Shown here in pieces: positions 20,857 to 33,081 of a stretch of 64,000 nt of DNA. Every line of letters starts with the position of its first letter. Positions within the stretch are counted from its first letter, which is position 1. The notes beneath the pieces were generated by a model. That model was not told the DNA's origin. It saw only the letters and a list, made by a program, of their open reading frames with translations, and did no database searches. Source of the stretch: Nannocystis pusilla (GTDB taxonomy: Bacteria > Myxococcota_A > Polyangia > Nannocystales > Nannocystaceae); NCBI RefSeq assembly GCF_049337375.1, contig NZ_JBMPIV010000001.1. One strand, given 5' to 3'. The position numbers and the translations under genes are program-made.

Positions 20857-21885
20857 TCATGGTGGGCGGTAGGCGCCGAGCCAGGCGCGGGCGTTGCCGC
20901 CGAGCACGCGGGAGACGACGGGCTCGGGGAGCGCGAGGCCGAAATAGACGCCGGGGGTGAGCGCGCCGATCCGGGCGGCGTGGCGCCAGAACTCGAACCG
21001 TTCGCGCTCGAGCAGGCCGAGGTTGGCGGCGAGCTGCAGGTCCCAGGCGCGCGCGGCGTCGAGGTCGCCGGGGGCACCGCGCGCGGTGACGAGGTCGGAG
21101 CCGAACAGGAACCGCTCGGGCTGGATCTCGATGAGGGCGCGCAGCCGGTCCCGATCCTCCTCGATGGCGGTGAAGCCGTCGACGCCGGGCAGGCCGGCGC
21201 CGTGGCTGGTGTCGACGCGCAGCCGCGGGAACTCGCGCAGGAGGCCGGCGAGGCGATCGAGGTCGGTGCGGCTGCCGCACAGGTGGGCGCAGACCAGCTC
21301 GAGGCGCGGGTGGGCCCGCAGCACGCGGGCGAGCTCGTCGCGGTAGCGCACGGTGTTGACGTGGACGAGCACGGGCACCGAGCGCTGCTCGAGCCACTCG
21401 AACAGGGAGGCGTGGGCCGGATCGTCGAGCGGGCGGGCGTGCAGCTTCTGGTGGCCGAAGTACAGCTTGACGCCGCGAGCCCCGCGTTGAAACCACTGCT
21501 CGAGCGCAGGGATGTCGACCTCGGCCGGCTCGACGGCGACGAACGGGAACAGGCGCGCGCGGTGGGCCGCGGTGGCGGCGAGCAAGGCGTCGTTGGCCTC
21601 GCGCCAGCCGTGCATGCGCGCGTCGAGGCCGGGAGCGAGGCCGAGCGCGGGATCGAGGTGCGGCGAGGCGATCACGACGGCGGCGGCGATGGCGTTGCGA
21701 TCGAGCGCGGCGAGCAGGTCGTCGACCGCGCCGCCGACGAGGTGGACGTGGACGTCGACGCGGTCGCGCGCGGCAGGTTCGTCGTCGATGCCGGTGGTGC
21801 CGTTCGGCGTCGGGACGCCGCAGGCGAGCGCCAGGCCGGCGAGCAGGAGGGCCGCGAGACGCCCCGCAGAGGCTTCAGCACTCAC
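20857..21885 (-). CDS. amidohydrolase-2 family (TIM-barrel metal-dependent hydrolase) lipoprotein
   Basis: Lipobox LALAC. HVHLVGG metal-binding His pair near the N-terminus. Amidohydrolase-like sequence. Confidence 0.6.
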   Translation of the reverse strand: MSAEASAGRLAALLLAGLALACGVPTPNGTTGIDDEPAARDRVDVHVHLVGGAVDDLLAALDRNAIAAAVVIASPHLDPALGLAPGLDARMHGWREANDALLAATAAHRARLFPFVAVEPAEVDIPALEQWFQRGARGVKLYFGHQKLHARPLDDPAHASLFEWLEQRSVPVLVHVNTVRYRDELARVLRAHPRLELVCAHLCGSRTDLDRLAGLLREFPRLRVDTSHGAGLPGVDGFTAIEEDRDRLRALIEIQPERFLFGSDLVTARGAPGDLDAARAWDLQLAANLGLLERERFEFWRHAARIGALTPGVYFGLALPEPVVSRVLGGNARAWLGAYRPP

Positions 21886-22504
21886 ACTCGTCCTCGCCTT
21901 CGTAGTTGCGGATCTCGACGCTCAGGCGATACGGGTACTCGGCGGTCGCGGTGTCGCTGTGGACGCGGACCAGGAGGGTGCCGGCGTAGTCGTCGCCGTA
22001 TCCACCGAGCGCGAGCACGCCACCGTCGGCCGTCTGCGCGGTCAAGGGCTCGTGGGTGTCGGCGCGGTAGACCTCGATGGTCATGGCGTGCTCGGGACCG
22101 GGCGCGAGCACCGGCTCCCCGCACGCGGCTCCGCACAGGCCGGCGTCATCCACCAGACCGCGCACGTAGAGGTAGTGGACGGCATAACCGAGGTCGGCGA
22201 CGTCGAAGCGGTACCAGTCGTCCTCGCCAGGGCAGAGGTAGGCGTCGGTGACCTCGTGGTAGGCGGACCACTCGCTGACGCCGCTCCAGGCGACGTCGGT
22301 CGCGTCGTCGGGCTCGTCGTTGGGCTCCCAGGCGTCGTTGAGCGGGCAGGCGGCGGCGCCGGTGGTCGAGGCGGCGGCGGAGGTGCCGGGATCGTCGCCG
22401 TCCCGCGACGCGAGGTCGCAGGCGGCGAGCGCGGAGAGGATGGCGACATGTCTCAAGAGACATGTCGAACGCGCGGCGGCCGAGGTCGGGACTGGCGTCG
22501 TCAT
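21875..22504 (-). CDS. lipoprotein with EPND-motif (pre-peptidase C-terminal-like) domain
   Basis: LSALAAC lipobox and WEPNDEPDDATDV motif. Part of the signal-peptide coding region is a perfect 24-bp GACATGTC palindrome. Confidence 0.5.
   Translation of the reverse strand: MTTPVPTSAAARSTCLLRHVAILSALAACDLASRDGDDPGTSAAASTTGAAACPLNDAWEPNDEPDDATDVAWSGVSEWSAYHEVTDAYLCPGEDDWYRFDVADLGYAVHYLYVRGLVDDAGLCGAACGEPVLAPGPEHAMTIEVYRADTHEPLTAQTADGGVLALGGYGDDYAGTLLVRVHSDTATAEYPYRLSVEIRNYEGEDECEC
22444..22467. repeat. perfect 24-bp palindrome CGACATGTCTCAAGAGACATGTCG inside the signal-peptide coding region
   Basis: Reverse complement is identical. Encodes STCLLRHV of the lipoprotein N-region. Confidence 0.7.
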
Positions 22505-23008
22505 CGGTGATCCGGAGGTCACGCAAACGTGGGCCCGCGATCGCGGCCGGCAATCGAGTCGGGTCGCGCAGACCGAGGCGAGGGGACAGTCGCAGATCCG
22601 GCGACGAAGGGACCGAGCGAGCCAAGAACACCGGCGCAGGCGCCGCCCCACGAGGCGCGGAGACGGGATGTCCGAAAGGCCAGGCAGCGAGCCGGCGCGC
22701 CGCGCTTCCCGGATGTCCGAAGGGGCAGGCGATCCATGTGGACGACGAGGGGTGGAGCTGCGGGATCGGGATGTTCCGGAGAGACAGGCGGACGCGGCGG
22801 CAGCCGGAGCAGGCGCAGGATGTCCCGAGCTACAGGTCGCAGCGGCCGCGGCCGGAGCGCGCGCGAGATGTCCGAAGAGGCAGGTCAGCGGGGGGAACTG
22901 CGAGGAAGGGCGCGAGGAGCGTCGGCCCGCGCCGTCTCGCTCCGAGCAGGGAACGGTGCGGGGCGTCGGCCGAGTGACGCCCCTCGCGGGCCGCGGCGGG
23001 GCCGTCGC

Positions 23009-24577
<1,569 letters not shown>

Positions 24578-24602
24578 CGTTCGACTCCTGCGCGAGAGGC
24601 CT

Positions 24603-24620
24603 TAGCAGCCGGCGTGCCAG
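24603..24620 (-). promoter_or_regulatory. candidate σ54 (-24/-12) promoter for the flotillin gene
   Basis: Minus strand reads cTGGCACgccggCTGCt, i.e. GG-N10-GC with correct spacing. About 28 nt upstream of the flotillin ATG and directly downstream of a σ54 activator gene. Confidence 0.5.
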
Positions 24621-24761
24621 GCGCCGTGGCGGGCCCGCCGCGGAGTCGTCACGCGGGTGAACGGCGGACGACGCGGTCGCGACACGAGCGGATATGCCTC
24701 AAATTGAGGCAGGTGGATCGTTACGATGCACCTGCAGCAAACGGCGCGGCGCGGCCCGAGG

Positions 24762-26312
24762 TCAGGCGCGGATCTTGAGGGTCTTGATCTTGCGCAGGAG
24801 GGTGGCGCGGCCGATGCCCATGGCCCGGGCGGCGCCGCTGCGGTTGCCGTCGTGGGCGGCCAGCACGGCCTCGATGTAGAGCTTCTCCATCTCGTTCCAC
24901 GACAGCCGGGCGAGGTCCGCCCCGCCGCGACCGGCCTTGCGGCCCGCGGCCGGCAGCTCGCGCGGGTCGGCGGGCAGCGGCAGATCGGCGACCTCGATGG
25001 CGTCGCCGACGCTGAGGACGACCGCGCCCTCGATGCAGTTCTCGAGCTCGCGGATGTTGCCGGGCCAGCTGTGGGCGTGCAGCCGCGCGAGCGCGGGCGG
25101 GGAGAAGCGCACGACCTGCTTGTTGTGGCGCTGGGCGAAGCCGGCGAGGAAGTGGTAGGCGAGCTGCTCGAGGTCCTCGGGGCCGCGCTCGCGCAGCGGC
25201 GGCATGGCCAGCGAGAGCACGCGCAGGCGGTAGTAGAGGTCCTCGCGGAAGCGCTGACGGGCGACCATGTCCTCGAGGTTGCGGTTGGTGGCGGCGAGGA
25301 TCCGGACGTCGACCTTGAGGGTCTTGCGGCCGCCGACCCGCTCGAACTCGCGGTCCTGCAGGACGCGCAGCAGCTTGCTCTGGAGCGTGAGCGGGACCTC
25401 GCCGAGCTCGTCGAGGAAGACGGTGCCGCCGTCGGCAGCCTCGAACTTGCCGACGCTGCGCTGGTCGGCCCCGGTGTACGCGCCGCGCTCGTGGCCGAAG
25501 AGCTCGTTTTCGATCAAGGTGGCGGGCAGCGAGGCGCAGTCGACGGCGACGAACGGCCGCCCGGCGCGCGGGCTGTTGTAGTGGATCGCCCGCGCGATCA
25601 GCCCCTTGCCGGTGCCGGTCTCGCCGGTGATGAGGACGGTCGCGTCGGTGCCGGCCGCCCGTGTCACGAGATCGTAGACGCGTCTCATCCGCGCGCCGCC
25701 GCCGACCACGCCGTTGAAGCGGTAGCGCAGCGGTCCGCCGGTGGGGGCCCGCAGCTGGCCGTAAAGACTGGTGCTCTCGACCAGCATGGCGACCTGGCTG
25801 GCGAGCGCGCGCAGCAAGGCCTCGTCGTCGTCGTCGAAGGCGGCGCCCTTCTTGTTGAGCAGCTGGAGGACGCCGAGGATCTCGCCGGCGCGATCGAGGA
25901 CCGGGACGCACAGCATCGAGCGCGTGGCGTAGTTGGTGGCGCGATCGATGGCGCCGTAAAACCGCGGGTCGCCCTCGGTGTGCGAGAGGTTGATGGCCTC
26001 GCCGGTGCGCGCGACGTGGCCGGCGATGCCCTGGCCGACCTTGAGCCGGATCTCGCGCAGCTCCGGCAAGTGCGCGGCCTTGCTGAACAGCTCGCCGCGG
26101 GCCCGGTCGACCAGGTAGAAGGTGCCGCGGTCGGCGTCCATGGCCTTCGTGACGGTGTCGATGACCTGCGCCAGCAAGGCGTCGAGGTCGACCTCGCGGC
26201 GCACCAGCTCGCCGAGCGCGAACAGCACGCTGTCGCGATCGACCCGCGTGCGCCGCGGCGGTGTCTCCCCGATGCTCGGCTTCGCCGCTCTCTTGCGCGC
26301 TGCTGGCTCCAT
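24762..26312 (-). CDS. σ54-dependent transcriptional activator (GAF sensor – AAA+ σ54-interaction – Fis-type HTH)
   Basis: GAF domain at the N-terminus. Walker A GETGTGKG, GAFTGA-like ESELFGHERGAYTGA, Walker B GTVFLDE. C-terminal HTH GIGRATLLRKIK. Confidence 0.85.
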   Translation of the reverse strand: MEPAARKRAAKPSIGETPPRRTRVDRDSVLFALGELVRREVDLDALLAQVIDTVTKAMDADRGTFYLVDRARGELFSKAAHLPELREIRLKVGQGIAGHVARTGEAINLSHTEGDPRFYGAIDRATNYATRSMLCVPVLDRAGEILGVLQLLNKKGAAFDDDDEALLRALASQVAMLVESTSLYGQLRAPTGGPLRYRFNGVVGGGARMRRVYDLVTRAAGTDATVLITGETGTGKGLIARAIHYNSPRAGRPFVAVDCASLPATLIENELFGHERGAYTGADQRSVGKFEAADGGTVFLDELGEVPLTLQSKLLRVLQDREFERVGGRKTLKVDVRILAATNRNLEDMVARQRFREDLYYRLRVLSLAMPPLRERGPEDLEQLAYHFLAGFAQRHNKQVVRFSPPALARLHAHSWPGNIRELENCIEGAVVLSVGDAIEVADLPLPADPRELPAAGRKAGRGGADLARLSWNEMEKLYIEAVLAAHDGNRSGAARAMGIGRATLLRKIKTLKIRA

Positions 26313-26469
26313 TCGGCCAGTGTATCAGAATGAGACGGTGGCTCAAACCGAGGCGTGCGTTCCCGCGCTGCGGTGAAGACAGCGCTGGAGCCGCGCGCGG
26401 CGGCCACGGAGCGGCTCGGCGCGGATGCAGGCGTTGACGCCCGAGCGCGCCGTTCGCGATAAAATCGCC

Positions 26470-27369
26470 ATGACGAAGTTGGGACGCGCGAAGGTGCTGG
26501 GAAGGACTGCGCTCGTCGGCGCGCTGCTGATCGCAGGCTGCAGCGACGACGGGATGGGGAAAGAGACCGAGACCGCTCCGACCACGGAGCCGACGACCAG
26601 CACCGGGACCGCCACCGGGACCGACAGCGAGACGAGCACCGGGACCGCCACCGAGACCGACAGCGAGGCGAGCACCGGTACGCCGACCACGACCGAGGGC
26701 GGCGAGAGCATGTGCAACCCGAAGATCCAGGACTGTCCCGAAGGCCAGAAGTGCGTGGCCTACGACTCGATGGGGACGAACTACTGGGACGCCAACAAGT
26801 GCGTCGACGAGCCGATGAACGCCGGCGTCGCCGGGGACCCGTGCAACATCAACATGGGCGAGTCGGTGTTCTCGGGGCTCGACAACTGCTCGAAGGGGAC
26901 GATCTGCCTGAACTTCGACTTCGCCACCGGGCAGGGCGGGACCTGCACGGCTTACTGCGGCGAAGGCAACACGTGCGGGGAGGGCGAGCTCTGCCTCGAG
27001 TCGGCGAACGAGGGCGTGCTGCCGGTGTGCCTGCAGTCGTGCGACCCACTGCTGCAAGACTGCGAAGACATGCAGGGCTGCTACGGCGACCCGTCGTTCG
27101 GCGGCTTCATCTGCTTCACGCCGGACCCGGGGGCGAACGTCGGCGACGACAACTCGCCGTGCGAGTACACCAACGCGTGCCTGGCCGGCTTCAGCTGCCA
27201 GGCCGCCGAGACGGTCGAAGGCTGCATGGGCGCGATGGGCTGCTGCACGCCCTACTGCTCGGTGTCCGGCGGCGACGCCGACTGCGCCCCGTCGGAAGAC
27301 TGCGTGCCGTTCTTCGCCGACCCACCGCCGGGCACCGCGGACGTCGGGGTGTGCGTGATCCCGGCGTGA
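26470..27369 (+). CDS. cysteine-rich secreted lipoprotein (Thr/Gly-rich linker plus Cys-rich repeat domain)
   Basis: LIAGCSDD lipobox, TGTATGTDSETS linker, more than 30 Cys in the C-terminal 200 aa. Start at MTKLGRAKV (ATG 26470). Confidence 0.6.
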   Translation: MTKLGRAKVLGRTALVGALLIAGCSDDGMGKETETAPTTEPTTSTGTATGTDSETSTGTATETDSEASTGTPTTTEGGESMCNPKIQDCPEGQKCVAYDSMGTNYWDANKCVDEPMNAGVAGDPCNINMGESVFSGLDNCSKGTICLNFDFATGQGGTCTAYCGEGNTCGEGELCLESANEGVLPVCLQSCDPLLQDCEDMQGCYGDPSFGGFICFTPDPGANVGDDNSPCEYTNACLAGFSCQAAETVEGCMGAMGCCTPYCSVSGGDADCAPSEDCVPFFADPPPGTADVGVCVIPA

Positions 27370-27659
27370 GCGAGAGGTGAGGGCGGCGACGCGGCGCCCT
27401 CGAAGCTGCACCTCGCGGGGCTCCGCGTCGATGGGCTGCCTCGCGAGCCTCCGCGCGTTCGCGGGATGACTCGAGCAGTGCGGAGACGTCGTGGGGTCGA
27501 GGCCGAGCGCTCGCTTGCCGGGTCGAGACGGCTCGAGTTTTTGGCGAGGTGAGCGGGCGGTTCTCGAGCTCGCGGCGAGAAGGTCGAGCGACCAACGCAA
27601 AGAGCCGCGACGAAGATCGTCGCGGCTCTCGGAGCGCGCGTCGTGACGCGGTGACGATC

Positions 27660-28043
27660 TCAGTTCGAGGTGCGCGCGGCCGGACGAGCGAAGATCCGGT
27701 CGAAGGCGTGCTGGACCTCCTCGGACATGTCGGTGAGGGCGCCGAAGCCGATGAGGTAGAAGGGGCGGTCACGGACGGTGACGCGCCAGACCTGCATCGG
27801 CTGGCCGTCGGTCAGCTCGTCGATCATCCCGGCGCGCAGGGTCGCGGGCTCCTCGACGAAGAGGGGAGCGACCGCGGCGACGCGGCTGCCGAGGTCCTCG
27901 TCACCCGTGCCGGAGAGGCGCAGGCCCTCGCGGGTGGCGAGCGTGAGATGCTCCAGGCCGGTCCGCTGGGCAACGGCCCGAAGGTAGAGATCCCCGGCGG
28001 TCCAGGGGTTTTCGCTGCGATCTTGGCGTCGTTCGTGCGTCAT
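27660..28043 (-). CDS. roadblock/LC7-like (MglB-like) small protein, tentative
   Basis: 127 aa with α/β roadblock-like hydrophobic pattern (FYLIGFGALTDMSEEV). Weak assignment. Confidence 0.35.
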   Translation of the reverse strand: MTHERRQDRSENPWTAGDLYLRAVAQRTGLEHLTLATREGLRLSGTGDEDLGSRVAAVAPLFVEEPATLRAGMIDELTDGQPMQVWRVTVRDRPFYLIGFGALTDMSEEVQHAFDRIFARPAARTSN

Positions 28044-28119
28044 CCGACAAAACTCCGGTGTGGGTGATGTAGGATAACCGCCGACTTCGACGGGGACAAA
28101 ATTTCGGCGGATCGCCGGC

Positions 28120-28323
28120 TCAACGCCCCCGACGCGCGGTGTTGCGCTTCTCGGCCTTCGAGGCAGGGCCGAAGATTTCGCGCAGCACCTGGTCCGCCGG
28201 GATGAGCTCGACCTCTTCGCGGTCGAGCTCCGCCATCCGCCGCTTCAGCGCCTTGCCCAGGGTGACCTCATCCGCGTCCGTGAGCATTCGCGGCGGGCGG
28301 TCTGCAAAAGAATCGCTCGTCAT
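28120..28323 (-). CDS. putative addiction-module antitoxin component (TIGR02574-like)
   Basis: 67 aa with ...LGKALKRRMAELDREEVELIPADQVLREIF, resembling the conserved L..R..E.D.G...LIPWEEV motif of TIGR02574. AT-richer codons than the surrounding genes. Confidence 0.4.
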   Translation of the reverse strand: MTSDSFADRPPRMLTDADEVTLGKALKRRMAELDREEVELIPADQVLREIFGPASKAEKRNTARRGR

Positions 28324-28337
28324 CTCGAATTCGTAGC

Positions 28338-28646
28338 ATGACGCGCGATGATGAGCTGGGAAAAAGAGTCGGGCTTCACCCGGAAGCCAGACGAGAGATT
28401 GAGGAGGCAAGCGCCTTCGCCGCCCGACTCGGGCCCACATACCTGCGCCGACTCGAGCAGGCCATCCGCGAGGGCTTCGAGGCCATGGCACGTTTCCCCC
28501 GCGCCTGGCCGCCGTATCTGTTCGGCACCCGGCGGTATTTCCTCGTCGGATTGCCGTACTTCTTCGTGTACCGCAAGCGGCGGCGGGTCGAGGTGGTGGC
28601 GCTTTGCCATCACCGGCAACGGCCGGGGCTGTGGCGGCGGCGGCTG
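28338..28646 (+). pseudogene. ParE/RelE-family toxin-like gene lacking an in-frame stop (reads through antisense to ung)
   Basis: RRYFLVGLPYFFVYRKRRRVEVVALCHHRQRP matches the ParE/RelE C-terminal R..v.Y.i.Yrv.d..v.I.rv.H.r.d pattern. No stop codon until 29474, i.e. across the whole ung gene. Low-GC codons. End coordinate is nominal. Confidence 0.35.
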
Positions 28647-29333
28647 TCAGAAGATTTGCCAGTCGATCGCCGGGTAGCCGAGGTCCTCGAGGGCGGCGTT
28701 GATGGCCGAGAACGGCCGGCTGCCGAGGAACTTCGGGCCCTTGCCGAGGATCGGCGAGGGGTGGGGGGCGACCAGGATGCGGTGGCGGCGCTCGTCGATG
28801 AGGGCGGCCTTCTTCCTGGCGAAGTCACCCCACAGCGCGAACACCACCGGCTCGCCGCGGTCGCTCAGGGCGCGGATGACGGCGTCGGTGAACTTCTCCC
28901 AGCCCTTGTTCTTGTGCGAGCCGGGGGTGTGGGCGCGGACGGTGAGGACCGTGTTGAGCAGGAGGACCCCCTGCTCGGCCCACGACTGCAGGTTGCCGTG
29001 GGGGGGGATGCCGTACCCGAGGTCGGCCGCGAGCTCCTTGAAGATGTTGGCCAGCGAGGCGGGCGGCTTGACCCCGGGCAGCACCGAGAAGCACAGGCCG
29101 TGGGCCTGACCCTCGTCGTGGTACGGGTCCTGGCCGAGGATCACGACCTTGACCTGCTCGAACGGGGTCAATTCGAAGGCGCGAAACACATCTTCTTCGG
29201 GTGGATAAACTGTATTGTTTTCGCGCTCATAGCCGACGAAGTCGACAAGGTCCTTGAAGTATGGCTTGGCCATCTCTTCGGCCAGCGCCGCGTGCCAGCT
29301 GCCGGGCAGGGTCCAGTTGCCGTAGCCGTACAT
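28647..29333 (-). CDS. ung: uracil-DNA glycosylase (family 1)
   Basis: GQDPYH active-site motif, HPSPLS-like HPSPIL motif. 228 aa. Confidence 0.85.
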   Translation of the reverse strand: MYGYGNWTLPGSWHAALAEEMAKPYFKDLVDFVGYERENNTVYPPEEDVFRAFELTPFEQVKVVILGQDPYHDEGQAHGLCFSVLPGVKPPASLANIFKELAADLGYGIPPHGNLQSWAEQGVLLLNTVLTVRAHTPGSHKNKGWEKFTDAVIRALSDRGEPVVFALWGDFARKKAALIDERRHRILVAPHPSPILGKGPKFLGSRPFSAINAALEDLGYPAIDWQIF

Positions 29334-29344
29334 GCAGCACCTCC

Positions 29345-30817
<1,473 letters not shown>

Positions 30818-30948
30818 GCCACAAGCCGTCGACCGCGTCGTCCTGCGCCTCTACGCGCGCGCCATTGCGGCGACTGCCGCCGGGTTTTGCCGAAGACGCG
30901 CAACACCGGGGGAAGGTGTGTTAACGTCACAGGGTCCCCCGAGAAGCC

Positions 30949-33024
30949 ATGAGCAAACCGGAAGACCAAGCACAAGCAGACCCCCTGCTGGGGACGACTT
31001 TCGCTCGGCGCTACTTGATCGAGCGCCGGCTCGGCCGCGGTGGGATGGGCGTCGTGTACCAGGCGACGCAGATCGACTTGAATCGCCCGGTGGTCCTCAA
31101 GGTGCTGGCGCCCGATTGGGTCGGCGACTCGGAGGCCCTGGCCCGCTTCGAACGCGAGGCCCGCGGGCTGTCCAGCCTGCAGCACCCGAACATCGTGACC
31201 ATCCACGACTTCGGCAAGGTCGACGGCCGGGCGTTCATCGTCATGGAGTACGTCCAGGGCGAGACGCTCGACCGCTTCGTCCGCCGCCGCAACCACCTCA
31301 CGCTGGCCGACTTCGTGCCGATCGCGGCGCAGGTGCTCAAAGGCCTCGGCGAGGCCCATTCGCGCGGGATCATCCACCGCGACATCAAGCCCGCCAACAT
31401 CATGCTGTGCGAGCGGCAGGGGCGGGCCAACTACGTCAAGATCCTCGATTTCGGGCTCGCCAAGCTGGTCTCCGGCTCGTCCGACATCACCAAGCAGAAC
31501 GTCCTCGGCACGCCCACCTGCCTGTCTCCCGAGCAGATCCTGGGCGAGAAGATCGACCAGCGGGTCGATGTTTACGCGGTCGGCATCCTGTTCTACTTCA
31601 TGCTGACCGGGGTGATGCCGTTCCAGGCCGACAACGACGCGTCGGTCCTGTACAAGCACGTCCACGAGAAGCCGCAGCCGATCCAGGAGCTGCTGCCGGC
31701 CGACAGCGGGGCGCCGGAGGGGGTGCTGGAGCTCATCAGCCGGTGCCTCGAGAAGAGCCGCGAGCGGCGCCCACGCGACGCCAACGAGGTCGTCGAGGGG
31801 CTCATCGATCAGGTGCCGTTCTCGATGTTCCGCCTGCCGCGGGCGCAGCCGCGGACCGAGCCGCTCGAGCCGGAAGAGCCGCAGAGCAGCACCGAGCACA
31901 GCAAGCCGATCCCGTCGCCGGAGAACATCGTGGTCGGCACGTTCGGCCGGCCGCGGTCGGCACCGGCGGTTGCCGCCGCGCCGCTTGCGCAGGGGATGCC
32001 GGGCGCGCCCGGCGGCTCGCAGACGATGCCGCCGTCGGTGATGCCCATCACGGCTCAGTTCCCGCAGGCGACGCTCGACCAGCTCAAGGCGCAGGGCATC
32101 CCGCTGGAGGGTGGGAGCCTGGTGCAGAGCCAGGACGGGCGCACGCTCCTAGTGGTCGGCCCGCAGGCGCAGGAGGCCGCGGCCCGGCAGCGCACGCTGA
32201 ACCTGGTCTACGGCGGGGTCGCGGCGCTCACGGTGATCGCGCTGCTGTTCTACGCGCTGAGCGGGAGCGGTCCGGCCGAGGCGGAGACCGAGCGGCCCGA
32301 GGTGGCGACCCGCGAGGAGGGCGGGCGCGAGCAGCTCGAGGGCAACCTCGACAAGATCGCGCAGCTCATCGACGAGGGCAAGCTGCCGCAGGCGGAGCGC
32401 AAGCTCGAGAGCGCCGAGGAGGAGTTCGCCCGCGACCCGGAGCTGTCCGACCGCGCCGACGAGCTGCGGTCCCGCCTCGAGGTCATGAAGGCGCTGGCCA
32501 GCGCGCGCAAGCACGAGCGCGACGGCGACCGCATCAGCGCGGTCAAGGGCTACCGCGACGTGCTGGCGCTCGACGCCGGCAACGAGGAGGCCAAGCAGCG
32601 CATCAAGGGGCTTTACCCCAACCTCAACCCGGACATGGGGTTTGCGATCATCACGATCCGCTCGGCCCCGGTGACCGCGGAGGTCACGCTGGACGGCGGA
32701 CCGCTCGGTTCGACCCCGATCGACGTGCCGCTGCACGCCGGCAAATACAACATCTCGCTGACCGCGCCCGGCTACGGGTCGATGCAGACCGCGCTGAGCG
32801 TCAGCGCCGCCAAGGACCAGCCCTACGACTACCTGCTGACCCGGACGGGGGCGCCGGCGAACCCGCAGCCGCCGGTCGAGCAGCCGAAGACGCCGACGGG
32901 CGGGGGCACCAAGCGGCCGCCCGGCGGCGGGACCAAAAAACCGCCCGACGGGCAGGTCAAGCCGAAGCCCAACCCCGCGCCTGAAGACGATTTGTTGCCG
33001 GTCGGTCCGAGCAAAAAGCGTTAG
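30949..33024 (+). CDS. Hanks-type Ser/Thr protein kinase with TM segment and C-terminal PEGA domain
   Basis: GRGGMGVVY, VLK, HRDIKPANIM, DFG, SPEQ motifs. C-terminal GKYNISLTAPGYGSMQTALSV PEGA-type β-sandwich. Confidence 0.85.
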   Translation: MSKPEDQAQADPLLGTTFARRYLIERRLGRGGMGVVYQATQIDLNRPVVLKVLAPDWVGDSEALARFEREARGLSSLQHPNIVTIHDFGKVDGRAFIVMEYVQGETLDRFVRRRNHLTLADFVPIAAQVLKGLGEAHSRGIIHRDIKPANIMLCERQGRANYVKILDFGLAKLVSGSSDITKQNVLGTPTCLSPEQILGEKIDQRVDVYAVGILFYFMLTGVMPFQADNDASVLYKHVHEKPQPIQELLPADSGAPEGVLELISRCLEKSRERRPRDANEVVEGLIDQVPFSMFRLPRAQPRTEPLEPEEPQSSTEHSKPIPSPENIVVGTFGRPRSAPAVAAAPLAQGMPGAPGGSQTMPPSVMPITAQFPQATLDQLKAQGIPLEGGSLVQSQDGRTLLVVGPQAQEAAARQRTLNLVYGGVAALTVIALLFYALSGSGPAEAETERPEVATREEGGREQLEGNLDKIAQLIDEGKLPQAERKLESAEEEFARDPELSDRADELRSRLEVMKALASARKHERDGDRISAVKGYRDVLALDAGNEEAKQRIKGLYPNLNPDMGFAIITIRSAPVTAEVTLDGGPLGSTPIDVPLHAGKYNISLTAPGYGSMQTALSVSAAKDQPYDYLLTRTGAPANPQPPVEQPKTPTGGGTKRPPGGGTKKPPDGQVKPKPNPAPEDDLLPVGPSKKR

Positions 33025-33081
33025 TCTCTAGCTCTCGGTTCGTGCGGGTCGCGCGTGACGACCCCGCCCTGAAGGCCCCCC

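Noticed and set aside
21882-22136. Small Arg-rich ORFs overlapping the lipoprotein and amidohydrolase genes
   Set aside because: Extreme Arg/Pro/Ala composition, alternate frames of stronger genes, and no start context.
27660-28043. MglB-like roadblock protein implying an adjacent MglA GTPase system
   Set aside because: No small Ras-like GTPase gene flanks it, and the roadblock assignment itself rests on a weak pattern. Kept as a low-confidence feature only.
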